Positions 11,963-24,857 of a stretch of 64,000 bases of DNA are shown piece by piece. The stretch's first letter is position 1. Each line of letters opens with the position of its first letter. This DNA is from Octopus sinensis (taxonomy: Eukaryota), in NCBI RefSeq assembly GCF_006345805.1, contig NW_021835987.1, positions 186,001-250,000 on the forward strand. Direction: 5' to 3'. Below the pieces are notes generated by a model. The model worked only from the letters and a program-made list of their open reading frames with translations, was not told where the DNA came from and made no database searches. The position numbers and the translations under genes were made by a program.

Positions 11963-12529
11963 GAGTGAGAGAGCTGTGCATGCCATCAAAGTGACACTGG
12001 GGTACAAATATACGAAGCCCAGTATACCCATCATGACTACCCGTCTGTTAAGGGTACACCAGGCACATGCATCACAACAATATGTGCGAGACATGATGAT
12101 CTCATATCAAGATAAACAGCACATGACCTTGTAGGTGGGGCCCAATTAGAATTTTCTTCTGGTCGAGTAAGCCATCCTGCTCAAAAGGTCCCTGAGTAAG
12201 GGTTGTTTAAGGATGTTGAACGAAACACCAGTGTTTCCAGAGGTGACTTATTCAAACCCCAAAGAATCCCTCTCAAGACATGGCTATGATGCTCCCCCAC
12301 TACTTCTGCTCGTGATCAGATTTGCACATATCGTCAGCCACTAAGGGACATGCTCAACTGGTTAAGGTCAAACAACTGACAAGCAAATCTGTGGTATTGA
12401 GCAGAATATTTGCTGTAGCCCATCTTTTATACCAAGACAAAACAATGTACATGATAACACTTCCAATCAGTGAAGATCAGAAGCCATGAGAACCTCTGCC
12501 TGGTACTGCATCATTTATTATTATTATTA

Positions 12530-12594
<65 letters not shown>

Positions 12595-13114
12595 GAGTGA
12601 GAGAGCTGTGCATGCCATCAAAGTGACACTGGGGTACAAATATACGAAGCCCAGTATACCCATCATGACTACCCGTCTGTTAAGGGTACACCAGGCATAT
12701 GCATCACAACCATATGTGGGCGACATGATGATCTCATATCAAGATAAACAGCACATGACCTTGTAGGAGTAAGACATCCTGCTCAAAAGGTCCCTGAGTA
12801 AGGGTTGTTTAAGGATGTTGAACGAAACACCAGTGTTTCCAGAGGTGACTTATTCAAACCCCAAAGAATCCCTCTCAAGACATGGCTATGATGCTCCCCC
12901 ACTACTTCTGCTTGTGATCAGATTTGCACATATCGTCAGCCACTAAGGGACATGCTCAACTGGTTAAGGTCAAACAACTGACAAGCAAATCTGTGGTATT
13001 GAGCAGAATATTTGCTGTAGCCCATCTTTTATACCAAGACAAAACAATGTACATGATAACACTTCCAATCAGTGAAGATCAGAAGCCATGAGAACCTCTG
13101 CCTGGTACTGCATC

Positions 13115-13166
<52 letters not shown>

Positions 13167-13648
13167 GAGTAAGAGAGCAGTGCATGCTATCAACGTGAAA
13201 CTAGGGTACAATTATACTAACTCATCATACCTATCATGTCCACCCGTCTGATAAACTTTAACCGGGTACTTGCAACCCAATCATATGTGCATGACATGGT
13301 GCTCTCATATCAAGATAAACAGCGCATGGCCTTACAGTTGGCGCCCAGTTATTCTTCAGGTCAAGTAGCCCATCCCGTTCAAAAGGTCCTTGAATAAAGG
13401 TTGTTTAAAGATGTTTAACGAAACACCCATGGCTATGATGCTGCCCCACTATTTCTGCTCATGATCAGAAATACACATACCGTCAGCCACTAAGGGACAT
13501 GATCAACTAGTTAAAGTCAAACAACTGATAAGCAAATCTGTGGTATTGAGCAGAATATTTGCTGTAGCCCATCTTTTATACCAAGACAAAACAATGTACA
13601 GTTAAGATCAGAAGCCACGAGAGCCACTGTCTGGTACTGCATCAGAGC

Positions 13649-13650
<2 letters not shown>
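11963..13650 (-). mobile_element. Three tandem copies (11963-12512, 12595-13114, 13167-13650) of a ~550-bp (TAA)n-associated non-coding element
   Basis: Same unit (gagtgagagagc...ggtactgcatc) bounded by (TTA)n; further copies at 31507, 32600, 43292 and 52040. First two copies share private variants. Confidence 0.85.
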
Positions 13651-13700
<50 letters not shown>

Positions 13701-13769
13701 GTTGTTGTTGCTGTTGTTGTTGTTTTTGTTGTTTTTGTTCTTCTTTTTGTTCTTCTTCTTTTTCTTCCT

Positions 13770-13800
<31 letters not shown>

Positions 13801-13810
13801 TTATTATTAA

Positions 13811-13876
<66 letters not shown>

Positions 13877-13917
13877 CATTATTATTATTATTATCATTAT
13901 TATTACTATTATTTCAG

Positions 13918-14096
13918 ATAGTCAATGGATCAAAGTATATGCCTTATCGATGGGACTTGGTTCGAAAGTCTATGAATCATTTTTGAATGAAGGAATTCCT
14001 TCAACCTGGAATGTGAGCGAATGCATAGGTGCCGTCTGTCCTAACCTTTTCCGACATCCTTTCCTCGATCTCTGGGACCATCTTTCAATTGATGAG
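13918..14096 (+). CDS. Copy A exon 2
   Basis: tttcag|...|gtacgt, 179 nt, phase 1-0; (Y)SQWIKVYALSMGLGSKVYESFLNEGIPSTWNVSECIGAVCPNLFRHPFLDLWDHLSIDE. Confidence 0.9.
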
Positions 14097-14873
14097 GTAC
14101 GTGCATAAATGATTCTTATGCGCATTCATATACACAAACATAAACAAACTTAAGTTGGCATCAAGTCATCCATTTTGTGGGAGGAAACAATCACTGTTCT
14201 TGAGATTACTTATTTTACTGATTTTAAAAATCAAAGTTTACCTTAAACTCAGAACGTAAAGGCACGTGAATAAATATTTATGTACTTCAAAATATTACGT
14301 TCACAAGTCTATTGACACTGCCATTTGAAAACACTCAGAATATATTTGCGCTATCTGTGCGCTCAAACAAACACACACACTGATATGTATGTGTGTGTTT
14401 AATAAATTTCAATACGACAAGATGGAATAAACAACTTTTATTTCTAATCACTACAATTGTTTCAGTGCATCATTACCAGCTGGTAATTACTGAAAGTTAC
14501 ATACATCATACACACTATTGCATTAATATGATTCTAAAGTAGCTGTATACTTGCACGTTTTCAGGTGAGTAGTGTCCGAGCACTGCTGGATAATCCTTAG
14601 TTTTTCTTTTCTTTTACGACTCTACCATATTTTTATTTTTAACATTCCATTGAGAAAGAAGGTCGTGGAAGTGCAAAAATATAGAAATGAGAAAAGTTAC
14701 TAAAAGTATATCGATGTAAATAATAGTTAAAAAATAAATAAATCCTGTCTACATTCCGTATGACACTGACTTCCGTTAAAGTGGAACAGTCAGAGACACA
14801 AAAGAAAAGCTATTGGTAAATTCTACTGATATAGAAAAGCTTTGATTAACAAAACCCTGACGATGCGACTTTG

Positions 14874-15039
14874 CCCGTATAGACGTATAATGCTAAAAAG
14901 CACAAAATATCAGCAAGACAAAATTGTCCACCACTGGCAGTGGACCTGTTAGATTAGGTGTCTTCATTGTGTTTGAGCCTCATTAGCATAAAACCCATGG
15001 TAGTATTCTGAGCTTTTTATCACTATACGTCTATACGAG
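14874..15039. mobile_element. Small MITE-like element
   Basis: Imperfect terminal inverted repeats cccgtatagacgtataatgctaaaaagc / gctttttatcactatacgtctatacgag. Confidence 0.55.
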
Positions 15040-15158
15040 ATACATTCTCAGAACGAATACTGCAAGTTTATTGCGTCCTTAAACTATTACCAGGTTAACT
15101 ATGATACAACGATGGCAATTCAATACCAATATTGCTTCTCTCACTTTGGTTGCATGCA

Positions 15159-15195
<37 letters not shown>

Positions 15196-15221
15196 AATAA
15201 TACACGATTTTTGTTTTTTAG

Positions 15222-15385
15222 GTGAAACTAGTGGTTTATAAAAACCAAACAGCTGTGGTTAATATGGTGTTCGATGGACGAAATACAAGCATTGAAAGCT
15301 GGTTCTCTCGCGAAAAGTTGAAAAGCTCTCCTTGGTCGGACGTATTTTCGGCTTCTGTCAATCTCTTCGCAATGGAAGGATTTCA
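15222..15385 (+). CDS. Copy A exon 3
   Basis: ttttag|...|gtaagt, 164 nt, phase 0-2; VKLVVYKNQTAVVNMVFDGRNTSIESWFSREKLKSSPWSDVFSASVNLFAMEGF. Confidence 0.9.
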
Positions 15386-15567
15386 GTAAGTAATTTTTAT
15401 CTGTATATTTTTTTAGTTATTTGTAATTTACATTCTCTGTCCAAAACCTTTTGAGATTAACACATACTTTTATCCCAATGGCGTTTATAAATAAAGTACC
15501 GGTGAACAAAGTACTAAGGTGGCGAGCTGGCGGAAACGTTAGCACGCCGGGCGAATTGCTTAGCGGT

Positions 15568-15569
<2 letters not shown>

Positions 15570-15629
<60 letters not shown>

Positions 15630-15774
15630 TGATGATGATGATGATGATGATAATAATAATAATAATGATATTAATAATAATGATAATAATGATAATATTA
15701 ATAATTAAAATAATATTAATAATTAAAATAATAATAATAATAATAATAATAAAATAATATTAATAATAATATTA

Positions 15775-15823
<49 letters not shown>

Positions 15824-15900
15824 TAATGATAATAATTATAATAATAATAATAATGATGGTAATAATAATAATAATAATAATGATAATAATAATAATAATG

Positions 15901-15937
<37 letters not shown>

Positions 15938-16032
15938 GAATAATTATAATAATGATGATGATGATAATAATAATAAGAAGAAGAATAATGATGATGATAA
16001 TAATAATAATGATAATAATAATAATAATAATG

Positions 16033-16063
<31 letters not shown>

Positions 16064-16095
16064 TAATAATAATAATGATAATAATAATAATGATG

Positions 16096-16133
<38 letters not shown>

Positions 16134-16206
16134 GATGATGATGGTGATGATGATAATAATAATAATAATAATAATATTAATGATGATGATAATAATAATA
16201 ATAAAA

Positions 16207-16237
<31 letters not shown>

Positions 16238-16269
16238 TAATAATTATTATTATTATTATTATTATGATT

Positions 16270-16300
<31 letters not shown>

Positions 16301-16394
16301 TGATAATAATATTAATAATAATAATAATAATGATGATGATAATGATAATAATAATATTAATGATAATAATAATAATAATAATGATAATAATAAT

Positions 16395-16429
<35 letters not shown>

Positions 16430-16431
16430 TG

Positions 16432-16489
<58 letters not shown>

Positions 16490-16830
16490 TAATAATAATA
16501 ATAATAATAATAATGCAAAGACCTCAAAATACAAAGACCTGGAAATAGAGGTAACTAGAATGTGGAATCTGAAAACAGAAACAATTCCTATCATAGTAGG
16601 TGCATTAGGCATGATAAAAAAATATTCAGACAAATACATAACAAAAACACCAGGACTTACAAACACATATAACATACAGAAAATTGCACTACTAGGCACT
16701 GCACACATCCTACGCAGAACACTTTCCATACAATAACCATCAGAGCATCACAACAAATCACAGCACATACCCAAGGCACACAGAGCTGCGCTCGGTAGTG
16801 AAGTGAAAGCACGCTATAAAAATAAAACTA

Positions 16831-16875
<45 letters not shown>

Positions 16876-16927
16876 GATAATGACAATAATAATAATAATA
16901 ATAATGATAATAACGGTCATAATAACC

Positions 16928-16962
<35 letters not shown>

Positions 16963-16984
16963 CATAATTATAATAATAATATTG

Positions 16985-17042
<58 letters not shown>

Positions 17043-17052
17043 CAACAACAAC
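15570..17052. repeat. ~1.5-kb imperfect (AAT)n/(GAT)n tract, interrupted by an R4/Dong-like fragment
   Basis: Direct reading. Confidence 0.95.
16514..16832 (+). mobile_element. 5'-truncated R4/Dong-like non-LTR retrotransposon 3' end in (TAA)n
   Basis: SKYKDLEIEVTRMWNLKTETIPIIVGALG...IQKIALLGTAHILRRTLSIQ*, typical C-terminus of restriction-like-endonuclease non-LTR elements; (TAA)n on both sides. Confidence 0.75.
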
Positions 17053-17101
17053 ATCGAAGAATACCTGAGGGATGAGAACCCAGGTTCGAAGTTTTCCCCA
17101 A

Positions 17102-17147
17102 GACACCTGATGAAGACTGGAGGGTATATCAGCGGAAACGTTGTGTT
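17102..17147 (+). ncRNA. Minimal type I hammerhead motif with canonical core and mismatched stem II, sense within intron 3 of copy A
   Basis: GACAC CTGATGA A GACTG-GAGGGTATAT-CAGCG GAAA CG TT GTGTT; two mismatches at the base of stem II. Confidence 0.55.
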
Positions 17148-17497
17148 AACAAGAAACAAGATGAGGACAAATATCCGTCGAATGTAAATAATGTAAATAA
17201 TGTAAGTAATGTAAATAAAGGCTACTACACACGTATAAGGACCGTCCTTCTTAGTATTGCCCTACACACAGATTACTTCTACGAAACTTTCACTCACAAA
17301 GATTTCGTGGACTCTAAAGTAGTGAACACTACTTGTCCAGAGTATCGCTGAGCAGATTCAGTTCGAACTTGGAAGCCAGGTTGCTTCATAAATTATGTAA
17401 TTGCGAGGCAAACTTCTAAACCTCAACATCTGATAACGACAATAGCAGCAAAACGAAAACTACAGCGATATCTTATTTTGTTTTTCTCCCTTTACAG

Positions 17498-17658
17498 TGG
17501 AAGACGTCGTTTCTATATGTCATCTCTGCATAATGATTGTGGAGGAGACAGCGGTTGGTTCATGGTTGTTCAAAGTAGTTTCTGTCCATTTGAGGAAATT
17601 CTTCCTCCTCCTGTAATATTTTACTCACCTGAAAATTTGCAAGTTATATGGAATGACA
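17498..17658 (+). CDS. Copy A exon 4
   Basis: tttacag|...|gtaagt, 161 nt, phase 2-1; (H)GRRRFYMSSLHNDCGGDSGWFMVVQSSFCPFEEILPPPVIFYSPENLQVIWND. Confidence 0.9.
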
Positions 17659-17889
17659 GTAAGTATTTCGTCATCTGCTTTAATTGTCTCTCTGCTATGT
17701 TAATATATTAAGTACTATAAGTCTAATTATAATTGCGTGGTGAACACAAGGAAAAACTCAGGACACATTTCGGTGTTATTATACCTCCTCAGCAAAGCAT
17801 AAGTCTCACAGTACTTAACGAAGAGCATCATTGTGTGATATAATATTACACACGTGTAGGTGTGGGGAAATTCAGTATGAGGGGTTGCA

Positions 17890-18895
17890 AAGAAATATTT
17901 CATATCATTTGTGACCTCATCATAATTGACTGTTTTCTATCTACATTATCCTTTCTACTATAGACACAAGGCCTGAAATTTGGGGGAGTGGATTAGTCCA
18001 TTACATCAACTCCAGTACGCAACTGGTACTTATTTTACTGACCCCTGAAAGGCTGAAGCAACGTCGGAGTTTGAACTCAGGACGTAGCGACGGGTAAATA
18101 TCGCTAAGCATTTCGTCCAGCGTGCTAACGATTCCGCCAGTTCGCCGCCCTTTTTTCCTTTCTAAGAGAATTCTTTCTACTATTGGCACAAGGCTCGAAA
18201 TTTTGGGGGCGGGGGCCTGTCGATTACATTGATCCCAGTACGCGATAGGATGAAAAAACCCTGGGTTCAAGTGTATCACGAAAGACCTAGCTGGAGTCAG
18301 AAACTTCTGAGCTCTTTCACAGGGCTTAAATTAAGTACCAGTTACACACTGGGGTCGATGTAATTGACTTAATCCATTTGTCTGTCCTTGTTTGTACTCT
18401 CTGTGTTTAGCCCCTTGTGGGTAGTAAAGAAATAGGTATTTCGTCTGTCTTTACATTCTGAGTTCAAATTCCACTGAAGCCAATTTTACCTTTCATCCTT
18501 TCAGGGTCCACAAACTAAGCACCTGTTGCGTACTGGGATCAATGTAATCGACAGGCCCCCGCCCCAAAAATATCGAGCCTTGTGCCAATAGTAGAAAGAA
18601 TTCTCTTAGAAAGGAAAAAGGGCGGCGAACTGGCGGAATCGTTAGCACGCTGGACGAAATGCTTAGCGATATTTACCCGTCGCTATGTCCTGAGTTCAAA
18701 TTCCGACGAGGTTGACTTTGCCCTTTAGCCTTTCGGGGTCAGTAAAATAAGTACCAGTTGCGTACTGGGATTGGTGTAATGGACTAGTCCACTCCCCTAA
18801 ATTTCAGGCCTTGTGCCTATAGTAGAAAGGATTATGTAGATAGGAAACAGTCAATTGTGATGAGGTCACAAATGATATTAAATATTGCTTTGCTT
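17890..18895. repeat. ~355-bp inverted repeat (SINE-containing arms 17890-18243 and 18527-18895) around a ~280-bp spacer in intron 4 of copy A
   Basis: Arms are reverse complements (aatatt..atcatttgtgacctcatc / gatgaggtcacaaatgat..aatatt). Confidence 0.9.
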
Positions 18896-19146
18896 CGAAA
18901 GCTGAAGAATTTTACGTCCCAAGGTTCAATTATTTGCCAAATAGATGGTATTATGTCATCAATAACGATGGGGAAAATTGATATCAGATTTGGGCAGAAG
19001 GCCAGCAGTTTCGTGGGGAGAAGATTCGTCGATTGCATCGATCTCTGCGATATTTTGAACTCAGAACCTCGAAGAGAGACGATATTCTTATTAATTTTGC
19101 TGTTAATTTCGTTGTTATTGTTGTTGTTACTTTTATTATTTTGCAG

Positions 19147-19196
19147 ATTCGGAAACAGCTGATTCCATGGCCATCTTCATCCGCTTGAATTTGTAA
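19147..19196 (+). CDS. Copy A exon 5 (terminal)
   Basis: ttgcag|, phase 1; (N)SETADSMAIFIRLNL*. Five exons total 855 nt = 284 aa + stop with no frame break. Confidence 0.9.
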
Positions 19197-19466
19197 CTAA
19201 CCAATCAAAAGATCTTCTTTATACAACGTGACCACACGGCTTCTGTCAACCAAATTCACTCACAAATAATTAGTTGCATAGTAAAACCCGGGACTATAAG
19301 TAGAAGACACTTGTCTAAGGTGCTGCACAGTACGATTGAACCCGAAAGCACATGGTTCCGAAGCTAACTTCTTAACCACACAACCACGCATGTAACTATG
19401 CATGTGTGTATGAGCATATCAATGTATGCTTATTATATATGTGTGTGTATATGCATGTGCACACAT

Positions 19467-20010
19467 ACAGGGTGACCAGAATTAATTATTTTCAATGAAA
19501 TCGGAAAATTCTTTAGGAAACTCACTTTTATTTACGTTTATCATGTTTAATATCTGCCAAAAACATATAAATTTTTAATTTTGCCTATAATTTTATAATT
19601 TTTCTCATTTTATAAAATAACTTTTACATTCCTGTTGGATCCCACTTTTCTGTCAACGATAGCATTGTTTTCAATTTTGTTCAATTCATTTTCTCTGCCT
19701 CCACCCCCAGAATGGAGCAATAGTTTGGCTGGACTTAAAGAACGCATTCAGTTAGCAGTGCAGGAGGTATTTCCTACAAGGCTTCAATTTCTGTTTCGTA
19801 ACGCTAAGGACAGATTTGAAACTTACAAAGATTCAGACGGAGCACGTTCTATATTTGCAATATAGTTTTGACGTCAGGTTTATAAATTCTGTTTGATTTG
19901 GTATCATAATTAAATAATAATCATAAAAATTATTCAGCTATTTTTTAAAAGAAATTATTCGATTTCAATGAACTAGAAAGTTAACTCTGTGACACCGTGT
20001 TCGGGGTATT
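19467..20010 (+). mobile_element. Internally deleted Tc1/mariner-superfamily remnant (mirror copy 61016-61551; older homologue ~39600-40100)
   Basis: TIR-like acagggtgacc / gtgacaccgtgt; SLAGLKERIQLAVQEV...RFETYKDSDG resembles the Tc1-type transposase C-terminus. Confidence 0.55.
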
Positions 20011-20639
20011 CCTGTTTATGGTACTCCTGTTTATGGTACTCCTGCTTATGTGTATGCTTATATATTCATATATTCTTTAACTTTTTTCTTTACATAATTT
20101 ATTGTACCCTATTTTTTTTTATTTATTCAATTATTGAATTGCTCAACGGGCAAAGAATTTGAAAACAATTAATATTGATAATCGACGTGATCCTGTAAGT
20201 CTGTTGTTTCTAATTTCTTGTAGAACAATCCGGTGATAATTGTATTAATCATTTCAATCTGTATCTATGTGAATATAAACACCCCACTCACCCAGACACA
20301 ATTTGAAACCTGCTTGATAAGATAGGTGACAATGCACGAAACTCTCCTCACTTGAGTCACGTTGTAATAAAAATGAATTAATATACTCACTTGTTTTCAG
20401 TTCTATTTCCTTGTTCATGTTTGGATGAAGGATGAGTGACCGAGGGGAGAGGGACTGACGTTGAAAGGGACCGTAAGGGGAAGGAAATGAGATCATGTCA
20501 AGAAGCAGCAGGTTGAAGACGGCCTCTTTCTTATGGGGTCTGCGGTGAGATCAAGTCGTGTGCTGGAAGCAGACGTATAGTGGTGGACCTTTCCGGCCAA
20601 TGATTGGAGGGTTTTGGTACCTCGTATAGATAAGAAGTG

Positions 20640-21315
20640 TAAGAAAAGAGAAAATAGGCGTTAACGTAGTTAACGGTGATGTTTCTTTATCTGAAAGAAC
20701 TGTACGGAAGTGGTTAGCAAGGTTCCAAGCTGGAGATTATAGCCTAATTGATAAAGAGCGATCAGGTAGACCATCCACTACAGATGATGACTAAATCAAG
20801 TCATTAACTGAGAATAACCCACATCGCACAACCCGAGAATTCGCAGAAGGCCTCAACCTATCAAAATCCGTCATTCATGAGCACCTGGTAAAGCTTGGGT
20901 ACACAAATCGCTACGATGTTTGGGTACCACATGAGTTGAGTGAGAAGAACTTTTTCGATCGCATTCCTATCTGTGATTCGCTTTATAAACGGAATGAAAA
21001 CGCGCCTTTTTTTAAAGAAAATTGTGACAGATGATGAGAAATAGATTATCTACCGAAATGTTCAGAAAAAGCGATCCTGGTGTAAGCGACATGAGCCACC
21101 CTTAACCAACCCAAAAGTGGGTCTTCACCCTAACAAAGTCTTGCTTTTTGTCTGGTGGGATTGCAAAGGATTTCTGTGCTATGAGCTTCTCCCAAGTAAC
21201 CAGACAATTAATTCTGAGAAATACTGCACACAACTGGACGAGTTAAAAGCAGTAATTCAAGAGAAACGTCCAGAATTGACCAACAGGAAGAGTGTTGTTT
21301 TCCAACATGATAATA
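20640..21315 (+). mobile_element. Mariner transposase pseudogene, truncated at the duplication breakpoint
   Basis: ERSGRP, WVPHEL, IVTDDEK, WWDCKG, FQHDN motifs with stops and frameshift. Confidence 0.9.
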
Positions 21316-21462
21316 CATGTCTGTCCTTGTTTGTCTCCTCTATGTTTAGCCCCTTGTGGGTAGTAAAGAAACAAATATTTACACAAGTTGCACGAGCGAC
21401 TTCAACAGTGACACCTCCGCGCGCACACATAGATACACATACACACAATTGAAAGGCAATGA

Positions 21463-21525
<63 letters not shown>

Positions 21526-21694
21526 CTGTTCACTGACAAGACTTCGTGCTGCATCGACACAAATGAAATTTCAATGTTGAAGTGAAACTGCTACTTCTTA
21601 AATAGAGAGGCCCCTTAACGGGTAGAACTTAAATACTCGTCTGCCGTTACGTTCTGAGTTCAAATTCCGTTGAGGTCGACTTTGCCTTTCATCC

Positions 21695-23475
21695 TATGAT
21701 ATCATATTTTCTCTCACAATTCCTACGACCATTAATAGAGCTATCTGCGGATGTATGTGACAGTACTGAGGACCTCCTTAGCAGGATCCACGAATGCAAC
21801 AACACGTGTGACCTCAAGAACCACATCGTGTGTAGCATGGATGTGGTATCACTATACCCCTCCATCGATGTAGACTTTGCTGTCGATAAATGTATAGAAA
21901 TAGTTAGTGAGAGTGGTATGATATTTAAGAATGTGGATGTATATGAACTACGGCTCTTCCTGGCCCTGACGTGTACCAATGCATACCTGTCGCGCAATAA
22001 CCTTCTATATGTTTGTCCCACCCGTAACAAACGCGGTAGACCACCTACCATTACCTCAGCATACAGGTAGACGCACTGTGAGCGCTGGCAGGGATGGACA
22101 AAGCTGGACTACCCACCTTTAAGTGCACACGACATTAGAACCACCATCGCACATGCTATCGGTGTCAGCCTGAGAATTACGCTAAAAACACATATTTTTA
22201 AGTTTGACAACAAACTATATAGGCAGACGAAAGGCGGTGCTATTGGAGTGGGGATCGCCGGTGACGTTGCAAACCTCTTCATGGTATGGTGGGGCAAACA
22301 TTTTAAACAGTGCCTAGCAAACCGTAACATCCACTTGGCTATGTACTCTCGTTACGTCGACGACATTAACCTTGTTGTGAAATATAATACAGACACAGTT
22401 ATGGGCCCTCTACCAAGTGAAGAACAGGTGATGACATCTATACAACACATAGCTGACTCTATCCACAGCAGTATAAAATTTACCATAGACTACCCCTCTA
22501 AACACCCCAGTAAACGATTACCCGTCCTAGATACTGAGCTATGGATGGAAGATGCTATGGTTAATGGAACCATTAAACCCTGTATACTCCACTCACACTA
22601 TCAGAAACCGATGGCTAATCCACTAGTAATCCGTAGTGACTCAGCTATGTCGGATACTGCCAAACTCAACATCCTAGTGGCAGACTTAATGAGAGTAATG
22701 AGGAATGTATCACCACTATGCCAACCACAAGAACGACAACAACACATCCAGCACTACATATTCCAAATGCAACGCTCCGGATACACACAAGACGATAGAG
22801 TCAGAGTGTACAAAAGAGCGAAAGCTAGATTCGAACGCATTCTAAGGAACGACGAAAACGATATATTCCCCCTATACCGCAACAAGTTCTGGAATAGGTT
22901 AGAGAGGGACACCAACAAAAGGAAGAGAAACGTTACTTGGTACGATAACAGGAGATTTCACGGAGTAATGTTCGTTGACACCACACCTAAGAACGAGCTA
23001 AGTAAGGCATTCAAGAAAATCCTGCGCACTACTGGCCTAAAAATTAAAGTTGTAGAAAAGACAGGTAGGACTATCAAATCGGCATTATCCATTTGATAGA
23101 ATCACCTGTCAAAGTAATTGTGCAGTATGTTCGACAAATCCACATGTAAACTGCAAAAACAAAGGGCACTGTATACCAGATTAAGTGCCAGGAGGGAGAG
23201 CTTGCGCGACTAACCCAGAGTCATACATAGGTGAGACTTCTAGAAGCATCAATGATAGGTTCAAAGAACACCTGGACAACTACATTGAAAGGAAGCCAAA
23301 CTCCATCTTCTACCAACATGCTGTAGACTGCCACAAAGGATCCTTAGGGAAACTTAAGTTCAACATCCTATCAACACATCCCACCGATGCAATGTTGAGA
23401 CAGGTCACAGAAGCTGTTTGTATACAAGAATACAAACCTACTCTCAACCGAAAATCCGAATGGAGTAACATCTAG
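21695..23475 (+). mobile_element. Penelope-like retroelement, 5'-truncated and decayed (RT + GIY-YIG endonuclease)
   Basis: SMDVVSLYPSID, YRQTKGGAIGVGIAG, YSRYVDDI RT motifs; VYQIKC..YIGETSRSINDRFKEH GIY-YIG; in-frame TAG at 22068-22070 and frameshifts near 23100-23200. Confidence 0.92.
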
Positions 23476-23504
23476 ATCCCATTCAGAAGGACTATTCTAT
23501 AACC

Positions 23505-23535
<31 letters not shown>

Positions 23536-23855
23536 GTTTACTTGTAGTCCTTACATACAGGTTGCAATGCGTATGTGCAGTTATATATAACTGTATGAGC
23601 GTACGTTGTTTGATACGTACAGTTGCACTTAGGCAACTGTACGGTGAGTGAGAGCAATAGATGTTATCTCAGGACATATATAGCAGTAACTGTCCTATCG
23701 ATGCGTTACGCTTGATAAATAGATGGTTATATCAACCTGTGTTAAGATGTATAGCATAATAATCATATTCAATGAAGATATAATGGTGAAAGCCTGGAAA
23801 TGCTTTGGTCGTTTCAAGAAAATATCGTGAATAACTATATAGTGTTAAGAAACAG

Positions 23856-23898
<43 letters not shown>

Positions 23899-24043
23899 TA
23901 TATATAGAGGGCATTATACATACATGCCAGAAGGCATTATACATACATGCCAAACGCTAAGAGGGACAATTAGTCATTTCTACCAAAAATGTTACTAATC
24001 CCACCGAATGCAATTTTTCAAAGTAAGACATTTAAAAAAATAT

Positions 24044-24091
24044 AGACCTGTATCACAGTGATTTCATACTTACGTACTCATCAGCAGGCCT
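24044..24091 (-). ncRNA. Type I hammerhead ribozyme motif (inverted monomer)
   Basis: Exact reverse complement of 24810-24857. Confidence 0.85.
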
Positions 24092-24809
24092 GAATGTATT
24101 ATAAATAAACAACGACCCTGCCCCGCTTAAGCCGATCAGCTAACTGCTCAACATCAACGAAGCACATGGGTGAGTTTACATATATTACATCCGGATAAAT
24201 GGCAAACTTTTACGAATTGCATTTCGGGAGAGGAAAAGTTTTTTCGGAATAAAAATTTAGCAATTAAGGACAACTACTTAATAAGGAAAACTTAACAAGA
24301 AATTGTCAGGTAGATAGCGTAAAAACCTCATAAGAGAAAAAATTTCGAAAATAATTATTTCTTATTGAACATATTAATTTATGAACAGGTGTCTTACTTT
24401 GAAAAATTGCATTCGGTGGGATTAGTAATATTTTTGGTAGAAATGACTAATTGTCCCTCTTAGCGTTTGGCATGTATGTATAATGCCTTCTGGCATGTAT
24501 GTATAATGCTCTCTATATATAAATTAATATGTTCAATAAGAAATAATTATTTTCGAAATTTTTTCTCTTATGAGGTTTTTACGCTATCTACCTGACAATT
24601 TCTTGTTAAGTTTTCCTTATTAAGTAGTTGTCCTTAATTGCTAAATTTTTATTCCGAAAAAACTTTTCCTCTCCCGAAATGCAATTCGTAAAAGTTTGCC
24701 ATTTATCCGGATGTAATATATGTAAACTCACCCATGTGCTTCGTTGATGTTGAGCAGTTAGCTGATCGGCTTAAGCGGGGCAGGGTCGTTGTTTATTTAT
24801 AATACATTC

Positions 24810-24857
24810 AGGCCTGCTGATGAGTACGTAAGTATGAAATCACTGTGATACAGGTCT
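24810..24857 (+). ncRNA. Type I hammerhead ribozyme motif with canonical core; predicted cleavage after A24850
   Basis: AGGCCTG CTGATGA GTAC-GTAA-GTAT GAAA TCAC-T-GTGA TA CAGGTCT: 7-bp stem I, 4-bp stem II, near-palindromic stem III, AUA triplet. Confidence 0.85.

Larger units (their letters stand above)
17051..21315. repeat. Left arm of a >=4.3-kb inverted segmental duplication (right arm 59686-64000, continuing past the window)
   Basis: Continuous high-identity reverse-complement match covering exons 4-5, 3' flank and mariner fragment. Confidence 0.95.

Noticed and set aside
20254-20640. ORFs 20254-20496 and 60506-60763 conserved in two places
   Set aside because: The conservation only reflects the recent A/F duplication; non-ATG or weak starts, an in-frame indel between copies and no motif
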